Part shown: positions 21,889 to 29,342 of the stretch, in pieces
How positions within the stretch are numbered: position 1 is the stretch's first letter
Layout: each line of letters starts with the position of its first letter
DNA from: Microgenomates group bacterium
Lineage (GTDB): Bacteria; Patescibacteriota; Microgenomatia; Daviesbacterales; UBA10151
Assembly: GCA_041659805.1 (NCBI GenBank)
Contig: JBAZXP010000001.1
Location: 880,224-944,223, forward strand
Length of the DNA: 64,000 nucleotides
Direction of reading: 5' to 3'
The notes under the pieces: model-generated
Database searches by the model: none
What the model was told of the DNA's origin: nothing
What the model saw: the letters and a program-made list of their open reading frames with translations, nothing else
Program-made: the position numbers and the translations under genes

Positions 21889-22980
21889 ATGAGTAAACTA
21901 AAACCTGTTTGTTTGGGGCAGGGGACACCATATTTAGATTCTGATCAAGCTATCAGGAAATTCGTCATAAAAGCGATTAATGATAATAAGGTTGATAAAT
22001 ACACTGATTCACAAGGAGTTTTAGGAATACGCGAATTAATCAGTAAAAAACTAAAGGAGGAGGGGATGGAATATAATCCCGAGGAAATTGTCTTAACAAC
22101 AGGGGCACTTGAAACAATTCATTGTATATTCTTATCACTTCAAAAATATAAAAATCCCGAAGTTCTAATTCCTGTTCCAACATATTTTAGATATTTTGAG
22201 CTAGCTAAACTTGCAGGAGTAAATCTAATTCCTGTCCCTTTAAATGAAGAAAAAAACTGGGATTTGGATATCGATCTTTTGAAACAAAAAATTACTCCTA
22301 ACACAAAGGCAATTTTAATTTGTAGCCCCAACAACCCCACAGGAAATATAATTCCCAAAGATAAAATTTTGGAAGTTTGTAAACTGGCGAAATCCAAAAA
22401 TATTAAAGTGATTATGGATGATATCTATTCCACTTTTTGTTTTGAAGGAAAGTTATTTAATCCTGCAACAAAATCAGAATTTAAGGATACAATCATAAGG
22501 GTAGTCAGTTTTTCTAAAACATATTCCTTAACAGGGTGGAGAATTGGATATGTCCATAGTGATATAAAAAATATCCAACCGATTTTTGATATGCATTCCA
22601 CAATTTCAATTTGTGCTCCAGCTGTTTCACAATATGCAGGAATGGGTGCATTACTTTCCGGAGAAAGAATTGCTAAAGAAACGTTTGAAATTTACAAAAT
22701 GAACAGGACATTAATGGGAGATTGCCTGGAAAAAATGCCACAACTAGAGGTAGCTTGGCCTCAAGGGGGATATTATTTTTTTCCTAAAATTAAGGGATTA
22801 AAAAATGATGTAATTTTTTGTCGGGAATTAAAAAGACAACAAAATCTGACAGTTTCACCTGGTTCTTCATTTGGAAGCGGGGGAGAAGGACATGTTAGAA
22901 TATGTTTTGGTAAATCTGAGTCAGATATTAAAGAAGGCATGAAAAGATTGGCAAATTTTTTAAAGGATTTTAAAAATTAG
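21889..22980 (+). CDS. PLP-dependent aminotransferase class I/II
   Basis: SPNNPTG, DDIY, SFSKTYSLTGWRIG, PGSSFG...HVRICF. Confidence 0.92.
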   Translation: MSKLKPVCLGQGTPYLDSDQAIRKFVIKAINDNKVDKYTDSQGVLGIRELISKKLKEEGMEYNPEEIVLTTGALETIHCIFLSLQKYKNPEVLIPVPTYFRYFELAKLAGVNLIPVPLNEEKNWDLDIDLLKQKITPNTKAILICSPNNPTGNIIPKDKILEVCKLAKSKNIKVIMDDIYSTFCFEGKLFNPATKSEFKDTIIRVVSFSKTYSLTGWRIGYVHSDIKNIQPIFDMHSTISICAPAVSQYAGMGALLSGERIAKETFEIYKMNRTLMGDCLEKMPQLEVAWPQGGYYFFPKIKGLKNDVIFCRELKRQQNLTVSPGSSFGSGGEGHVRICFGKSESDIKEGMKRLANFLKDFKN

Positions 22981-23874
22981 ATGAATATTTTACTTATTAC
23001 AGGAGGATTATCCAGCGAAAGAAGTGTTTCTTTGATCTCTGCCAGTGAAGTAAAAAAAGCATTGGAAAAAAATAACCACCATGTTCAGATGTTTGATATT
23101 AAAAACAGTGCTAAAAAACTGTCTGAATTAATTAACAATTGCGACGTAGTTTTTCCGGTACTTCATGGTGAAGATGGCGAAGGAGGAGAGTTGCAGAAAT
23201 TTTTACTAAAATCTGGCAAACCTTATGTCGGGGGGGACCCTAAGGGATTAAAACTTGGTTGGTATAAAATTCCTTTTAAAGAATTTTGTGATAAAAATAA
23301 TATTCCAACTGCTTCCTGGAAAAAAATCAAAACTATTCAAGATGTTATAGACTTTGGACTTCCCTGTGTTGCAAAAAGCACTAATGGAGGATCATCTAAG
23401 GAAGTAGCTATCTTAAAAAACTCCATTGATTTAAAAAAGAAAATATTTTTAAATTTATTTAAATTAAATCAGTCTTTATATACAGAAAGATTTTTACCAG
23501 GAACAGAGATAACTGTAGGCATTTTAGGTGATAAGGCTTTGCCTGTTGTAGAAATCATACCTCCTGAAGGAAGTTGGTTTGATTTTAAAAATAAATATTC
23601 AGGAAAAACAAAAGAAATAGTTGACACACCAAATTTAAGCGCAAAGATAAAAAAACAATCTCAGGAGATTGCTCTAAAAATACATCAAACTCTAAACCTT
23701 GGTCAATATTCCAGAATAGATTTTATTGTAGTAAATGATATTCCTTATGTTTTAGAAGTAAATATTATTCCTGGCATGACTCCAAACAGTCTTTTTCCAA
23801 AAGCCGCCCTAGCTGCAGGTTTCACTTTCCCAAAATTAATCCAAAAGTTAGTTGAATTAAGCCTGCACAAATAA
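22981..23874 (+). CDS. ddl: D-alanine--D-alanine ligase
   Basis: GGxSSERSVS, LHGEDGE, GSS, FDFKNKY, RIDF, EVNIIPG. Confidence 0.93.
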   Translation: MNILLITGGLSSERSVSLISASEVKKALEKNNHHVQMFDIKNSAKKLSELINNCDVVFPVLHGEDGEGGELQKFLLKSGKPYVGGDPKGLKLGWYKIPFKEFCDKNNIPTASWKKIKTIQDVIDFGLPCVAKSTNGGSSKEVAILKNSIDLKKKIFLNLFKLNQSLYTERFLPGTEITVGILGDKALPVVEIIPPEGSWFDFKNKYSGKTKEIVDTPNLSAKIKKQSQEIALKIHQTLNLGQYSRIDFIVVNDIPYVLEVNIIPGMTPNSLFPKAALAAGFTFPKLIQKLVELSLHK

Positions 23875-23896
23875 CCTATTTTTACCCCTAAAAGGC

Positions 23897-23926
23897 TTGC
23901 CTTTATACACTCAAAAAGGGTATAAT
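23897..23926 (+). promoter_or_regulatory. sigma70-type promoter of gyrA
   Basis: TTGCCT-18-TATAAT. Confidence 0.55.
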
Positions 23927-23952
23927 AATTAAAGAGCTTAAGGCTTTTTTTT

Positions 23953-26544
23953 ATGTCTAATATAGGTAAAATAGAATTAACCCCAATTGTAGAAGAGATG
24001 CGCAGGTCATACCTTGACTATGCCATGTCTGTTATTGTTTCCCGTGCTTTGCCTGATGTACGAGATGGCTTAAAGCCTGTGCAAAGAAGAATAATCTTTG
24101 TTATGTATGAGCTAGGCCTTTTACATTCTTCAACTTTTAGAAAATGTGCCAAAATTGCAGGTGACACTTCTGGAAATTACCATCCACACGGTGAATCAAA
24201 TGTTTATGGCGCTTTGGTAAATTTAGTGCAGGACTTTTCCATGCGTTATCCATTAATTGACGGTCAGGGAAACTTTGGTTCAGTTGATGGAGACATGCCT
24301 GCTGCCATGAGGTACACTGAAGCGCGTTTGGCAAATATTTCTGAGGAAATGCTCAGAGATATTAACAAAGGTACTGTTGATTTTATTCCAAACTATGACC
24401 AAACAAAAAATGAACCAACAGTTTTACCTGCAGGAATTCCAAATTTATTACTTAATGGTGCGTCAGGTATTGCTGTTGGTATGGCAACTCAAATTCCACC
24501 TCATAATTTAGGAGAGTTAATTAATGCATTGACTTTCATGATTGATCATCCAGTAAAGCCAGAGGTTCAGCAAAAGTCAGCAAATCAGCAAATCAGCACG
24601 TCAGCGGATCAGCAGGAAAAAGACACTAATTCTGCCGATACTCCGACACTCCGACCTACTGACATTCAGATTCCAGCTGAAACTACTGGAAAATTCCGCT
24701 CAGAAGCCACGGTTGAAGATTTATTAGAATTTGTAAAAGGCCCTGATTTTCCAACAGGTGGATCAATTTATGATCAATCAGAAATTATTAATGCTTATGC
24801 AACTGGTAAGGGCAGAATTGTAATGAGGGCTAAAGCAGAAATTGAAGAAGCCAAAAATGGCAGATTTGATATTATCGTGACAGAACTTCCATACCAGGTT
24901 AATAAGGCAACCTTAATCACCAGAATTGCAGAATTACACAAAGACAAAAAAATAGAAGGAATTTCAGATCTCCGGGATGAATCAGATAGAAGGGGAATGA
25001 GGATTGTAATGGAGTTAAAGCGCGATGCAAAGCCCCAATCTCTACTTAATAACCTTTATAAACACACCTCAATGCAGTCAGTTTTTAATGTAAATATGGT
25101 GGCTTTAGTTGATGGAGTACCTCATTTACTACCACTCAAATATATTCTGGAAGAATTTATCACCCACAGACAAATTATTGTCAGGCGTAGATCAGAGTTT
25201 GAATTAGCAGAAGCCAGAGCCCGTGAACATATCCTGGAAGGGTTAAAAATTGCTGTTGATAATATTGATGAGGTTATTGCCACAATCAGAAAAAGCAAGG
25301 ATGCAGATGACGCCAAGACTAATTTGATGACCAAATTTAAGCTAAGTGACTTGCAAGCTCAGGCAATTTTGGACATGCAACTGCGCAGGTTGGCAGCCTT
25401 GGAAAGACAAAAAATTGAAGATGAGCTTAAGATGGTTCGCGAAACCATTGCCTACTTAGTAGACCTCTTGGCACATCCTGAAAAAATACTGGGAGTTATC
25501 AAAGATGAACTGGCAAAAATTAAGGATAAATTTGCAGACGAGAGAAAAACCCGCGTTTACAAACAAAAAATTGGCGAATTCTCTGAAGAAGATTTAGTGG
25601 CAGATGAACAAACAATAGTAACAATCACTGAAGGAGGTTATATTAAAAGACAACCACCTTCAACTTTTAGAATACAAAATAGGGGAGGAAAGGGTGTTTC
25701 TGGTATTACTACCAAAGAAGAAGATGCAGTTTCCCATATTTTCTACACCAAAACATTAGATAATATTTTGTTCTTTACAGATAAGGGTAGGGTTTTCCAA
25801 ATGAAGGTCTGGGAGATACCAGAAGCCTCCAGAATAGCCAAAGGGCAGGCGATTGTTAATTTAATTAACATTGAGCAAGGAGAAAAAATTACTGCTATTT
25901 TAACGCTCCGACAAAAAGATTCAACTAAATACTTATTCATGTGTACTAAATTCGGTAATGTTAAGAAAACAGAAATAGGAGAATACTCTTCTATTCGGAA
26001 AAATGGTTTAATTTCCATTAAACTGGACGAAAACGACGAGCTGGGATGGGTAAATCCGACAACAGGGGAAGACGAGATGATTATTGTGTCCCGTGATGGT
26101 CAATCAATCAGGTTTAGTGAACACGATGTCAGATCTACACACAGAGATACTGCCGGGGTTAGAGGAGTGAAGCTAAATAAAGGAGATACTGTTGTTTCAG
26201 CTCAAAAGATTGATGATCCAAAATCAGATACAGTTTTAGTGGTTATGGCAAATGGCTTAGGCAAAAAAACCATGATCGCCAATTGGACCAGACAAATTAG
26301 AGGAGGAATGGGTGTTAAAGCAGCCCAGGTAACAGAGAAGACAGGCCCAATTATGACAGCCCAGATTGTTGAAAAAGGCGTTGATACATTGGTGCTTACT
26401 TCTAACAAAGGTCAGATTATTAAATTAAATTTAAATGATGTTCCAACACTTCAAAGACAAACTCAGGGGGTAATCCTCATGAGAATGCGGGAAGGTGAAA
26501 AAGTAGCTGCAGCAGCTATTGTTTCATCCAAGGAAAAAGAGTAA
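23953..26544 (+). CDS. gyrA: DNA gyrase subunit A with repeat-derived internal insertion
   Basis: RALPDVRDGLKPVQRR, YHPHG, AAMRYTE, GyrA-box QNRGGKG; about 45 extra aa between IDHP and ATVEDL. Confidence 0.98.
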   Translation: MSNIGKIELTPIVEEMRRSYLDYAMSVIVSRALPDVRDGLKPVQRRIIFVMYELGLLHSSTFRKCAKIAGDTSGNYHPHGESNVYGALVNLVQDFSMRYPLIDGQGNFGSVDGDMPAAMRYTEARLANISEEMLRDINKGTVDFIPNYDQTKNEPTVLPAGIPNLLLNGASGIAVGMATQIPPHNLGELINALTFMIDHPVKPEVQQKSANQQISTSADQQEKDTNSADTPTLRPTDIQIPAETTGKFRSEATVEDLLEFVKGPDFPTGGSIYDQSEIINAYATGKGRIVMRAKAEIEEAKNGRFDIIVTELPYQVNKATLITRIAELHKDKKIEGISDLRDESDRRGMRIVMELKRDAKPQSLLNNLYKHTSMQSVFNVNMVALVDGVPHLLPLKYILEEFITHRQIIVRRRSEFELAEARAREHILEGLKIAVDNIDEVIATIRKSKDADDAKTNLMTKFKLSDLQAQAILDMQLRRLAALERQKIEDELKMVRETIAYLVDLLAHPEKILGVIKDELAKIKDKFADERKTRVYKQKIGEFSEEDLVADEQTIVTITEGGYIKRQPPSTFRIQNRGGKGVSGITTKEEDAVSHIFYTKTLDNILFFTDKGRVFQMKVWEIPEASRIAKGQAIVNLINIEQGEKITAILTLRQKDSTKYLFMCTKFGNVKKTEIGEYSSIRKNGLISIKLDENDELGWVNPTTGEDEMIIVSRDGQSIRFSEHDVRSTHRDTAGVRGVKLNKGDTVVSAQKIDDPKSDTVLVVMANGLGKKTMIANWTRQIRGGMGVKAAQVTEKTGPIMTAQIVEKGVDTLVLTSNKGQIIKLNLNDVPTLQRQTQGVILMRMREGEKVAAAAIVSSKEKE
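24566..24688. repeat. Inverted pair of degenerate 8-mer arrays, in frame within gyrA
   Basis: TCAGCAAA TCAGCAAA TCAGCACG TCAGCGGA TCAGCAGG - spacer - TCTGCCGA TACTCCGA CACTCCGA CCTACTGA. Confidence 0.85.
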
Positions 26545-26555
26545 ATTTAATATAG

Positions 26556-26759
26556 ATGGAAAAAAAATTAACTGCCATAGCTGTTTTTTATTTTGTGATT
26601 GGATTAGTCTTTGCCATTGCCTTCGCTATTTTTTACCACTGGCCAACACTTTCATACTTTAGCCCAAATTTTTATTCAGTGGTCTTAACCTGGCCATTTC
26701 AAATTCCGGGATTTATAACTGATTTTCAATACTACGGCCTAGCCGGAAAATTATATTAA
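26556..26759 (+). CDS. Small membrane protein
   Basis: 67 aa with a hydrophobic N-terminal helix; directly follows gyrA. Confidence 0.65.
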   Translation: MEKKLTAIAVFYFVIGLVFAIAFAIFYHWPTLSYFSPNFYSVVLTWPFQIPGFITDFQYYGLAGKLY

Positions 26760-27682
26760 GATATATCCTTATTCCCACTATGAAAAGTCTTATGCACATC
26801 TTTTAAGTGTTTATTGGTTACATGAGTATAGATTTGAGTTGTGGAGATATTGGAATGACCAAGCATTTCCTGCACAGACCTGATATCAGCCCCATTAATA
26901 AGCAAATCTGTGGCAAAAGAATGCCTTAAGGTATGTGGTGTAGCTTTTACTAAAATCCCGGCAGCTTTAACATATTTTTCTACAATTCTTTCAATTGATC
27001 GGGGAGTGAGCCTCATTCCTTCACCTCCAGGACTAACATCAACTGTGCCCTGAAACCTGATAAACAAAGGTGAAAAACTATCTTTTCTGTTTTTTAAATA
27101 CTGATCAAGCCAGTAAATTGCAGACTCACTCAAAAATACCACCCTTTCCTTGGATCCTTTTCCGACAACAGAAAACTCTGCCCGGTCTAAATTTATTGAA
27201 TCGCGGTTTAAAGAAGCTAATTCTGCCACACGAAGCCCTGTTGAAAAAAGAGTTTCCAGAAGAGATCTATCACGCAAACCTCCGATTGTATTTGTTTGGG
27301 GAGATTCAAGCAGTTTTTTTAAGGATTCGTCATCGAGAACTTTAATAGGGGAGGCATCAGTCTCACCAAGCTCAATTTGTTCTGCTGAGAGCGATTCTAT
27401 GCCTTGTTTTGACAAATACCTTAAAAAAGCACGCAGGGCAATCATAAAAAAATTTTGAGTAACTCGCTTTAGTGGCTCTTTTGTTTTGGGATCTGTCCAG
27501 CGGTTTAAAAAAAGGCGGTATTTGCGAACTAAGCTTAAGTTAATATCTGATGGTTTAATATCACCGGCAAAATCCAGAAACCGTTTTAAATAATGATCAT
27601 AATTTTGGATTGTTTTTTGAGACGTATTACGCTCAATTTCCAGATATTCCAAAAAGTCTGTTATAGTTGCAGAAAGAGTCAT
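26756..27682 (-). CDS. Tyrosine recombinase, XerC/XerD family
   Basis: SAM-like N-domain, RD...TGLRVAEL, GKGSKER, TPHTLRHSFAT, LGHSNISTTQIY. Confidence 0.95.
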   Translation of the reverse strand: MTLSATITDFLEYLEIERNTSQKTIQNYDHYLKRFLDFAGDIKPSDINLSLVRKYRLFLNRWTDPKTKEPLKRVTQNFFMIALRAFLRYLSKQGIESLSAEQIELGETDASPIKVLDDESLKKLLESPQTNTIGGLRDRSLLETLFSTGLRVAELASLNRDSINLDRAEFSVVGKGSKERVVFLSESAIYWLDQYLKNRKDSFSPLFIRFQGTVDVSPGGEGMRLTPRSIERIVEKYVKAAGILVKATPHTLRHSFATDLLINGADIRSVQEMLGHSNISTTQIYTHVTNKHLKDVHKTFHSGNKDIS

Positions 27683-28381
27683 TTAGCGTCTTGCCAAAGA
27701 AATAAAACCCAGGAAAGTTAAAACCCCACCGACTGCAATCAACATTAGAGTAGTATTTAAATCCGCGGTACCGGGTAGCGGCGCAGCTGGGGCTCTTGTA
27801 ATCGGAGCTTCTGTTATAGTTGCAGAAGGTGTTGATATTGGCGCTCCTGTACCGCTACAAGCTCCGGTACCGATAACAAAATTACCATTAACAACCTGAT
27901 TTAAAGTTTCTGCCATAGTTCCTACTTCTACAACATTCGAATCAGTGGTTTTGCTTTTATCATTTGCATCGAAATCGAATTTAATTTGAGTTGCCCCTAC
28001 AGGTGCGGTTTCCAGGACTGTAAAATCAACTGTTGCTAATGTTCCTGAGCCTTTATAGGAAGAAGTCGCAGACGCTAAACCTGAAACTAAAACAGTTCCG
28101 GTAGCTGTATCAATGTTGTTACCGGGGTAATCAGGATAAATACTGCCATTATTTATTTTATTTGCAATAAAGCGGGTTGTATCGTAATTTAAAATCACAT
28201 CTGTGCCTGCAGTATCATAACCACCGGTATCCAGTAAAATCTGCAAAGAAAACTTACAATTTTTGTTAAATGTCCCAGTAGCAGGGGAGAGTGAAAGAGT
28301 AGACCCAGCAGCAAACACCACAGCAGGACTCGTAAAAAGAACGCTTATTATGCTTAAGATTGTTAAAATTACTTTTTTCAT
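27683..28381 (-). CDS. Secreted cohesin-like protein with LPxTG-like C-terminal anchor
   Basis: Signal peptide (VFA|A); LSLSP, GTDVILNYD, GSGTLATVDF; P/T/A linker; LPGTA, hydrophobic helix, RR. Confidence 0.75.
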   Translation of the reverse strand: MKKVILTILSIISVLFTSPAVVFAAGSTLSLSPATGTFNKNCKFSLQILLDTGGYDTAGTDVILNYDTTRFIANKINNGSIYPDYPGNNIDTATGTVLVSGLASATSSYKGSGTLATVDFTVLETAPVGATQIKFDFDANDKSKTTDSNVVEVGTMAETLNQVVNGNFVIGTGACSGTGAPISTPSATITEAPITRAPAAPLPGTADLNTTLMLIAVGGVLTFLGFISLARR

Positions 28382-29007
28382 TGAGTTATTGTTATATCCA
28401 GGTTTTTAACTTCCTCCAAGACATCATCAGAAGTTTTACTGTCAATTAGGTTTGTATCGTTTGTTCTTTTGGGCGCAAACTCAAGAAAAATCTTAGCTTT
28501 CCCTGCAGCCTTAGCCTGAAAAATAATTGTACCAAATAACCCCTTGGGTACAACTCCTCCAACTTTATTGGTAATTCCTGAAACTGTAATAACTCCGTTT
28601 TTTTCATCAACAGAATTAATAGGGTATTCATCATAAAGATTTCCCAAACTAACAGGAGTTTTTGATGCGTTTGAGGCTAAACTCAAAAGGTTGGCATCAT
28701 AATGAATAATCAAATCTGCGCCGGCCGTCATTTTGTTTGAATCTATATTTATTCCGATCGGCACAACCTCACCAATTTTAAATTGAGTTTTAGGTGAGGT
28801 TAAAGAAATAGTATTTGAGTTCCCAGTTTGTGCCACAGAGGTAGATGTTGAGGTTGCGGTTGGTTGGTTTTGGTTCTGTTTGTTAATTGCCTGATAAGCC
28901 CAAACCCCTTCAGCACCTATTATAATCACAACCAAAATTATTAAATAAATTGGCTTAATATTGCTTAGTATTGATGATATTTTTGTTTGTATATTGGACA
29001 GGTCCAT
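28378..29007 (-). CDS. Membrane-anchored cohesin-like protein
   Basis: N-terminal TM, Q/T/S linker; GADLIIHYD, GLFGTIIFQAKAAGKAKI. Confidence 0.75.
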   Translation of the reverse strand: MDLSNIQTKISSILSNIKPIYLIILVVIIIGAEGVWAYQAINKQNQNQPTATSTSTSVAQTGNSNTISLTSPKTQFKIGEVVPIGINIDSNKMTAGADLIIHYDANLLSLASNASKTPVSLGNLYDEYPINSVDEKNGVITVSGITNKVGGVVPKGLFGTIIFQAKAAGKAKIFLEFAPKRTNDTNLIDSKTSDDVLEEVKNLDITITQ

Positions 29008-29070
29008 TAAATAAAAATCCTTACTTTAATTGAATCACAAAGGGTTGTCTTCTGTCTAGTTTTATCATAT

Positions 29071-29340
29071 TTATTGTGTTGCTGCTGAAGTCGATTCTGG
29101 TGCAGGAGGACCAAGAGGAGAACGCAGTTCAACGGTTAAAGCAGTTGAGCTGGTTGTTCTTTTATCAGGACTAACATTATCTCCTGTAAATGTAATTGGA
29201 TCTGCTGCTGCTTTTGACCTTAGGAACTGTTGCTCTGAAGCTAATTTTACTCCGACAGGAATTACCAGCACCATAATTCCGATAATCAACAGGGTTATAA
29301 TATTTTTCTTATTTAATGTGCGTGTATTATTCTCGTCCAT
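29071..29340 (-). CDS. Small exported protein with TM plus QQFLRSKAA motif
   Basis: Paralogous to the N-terminus of 31879..32583. Confidence 0.7.
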   Translation of the reverse strand: MDENNTRTLNKKNIITLLIIGIMVLVIPVGVKLASEQQFLRSKAAADPITFTGDNVSPDKRTTSSTALTVELRSPLGPPAPESTSAATQ

Positions 29341-29342
29341 AT

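Noticed and set aside
22981-23874. Van-type D-Ala-D-Lac ligase
   Set aside because: The omega loop ends in KY (Tyr, as in D-Ala-D-Ala ligases), and there are no vanH/vanX neighbours.
24560-24700. Intein or intron in gyrA
   Set aside because: Too short, with no Cys/Ser start, no His-Asn end and no intron motifs; the frame stays open.
26756-27682. Prophage or ICE integrase
   Set aside because: Size and motifs fit a housekeeping Xer; no phage or conjugation genes are nearby.
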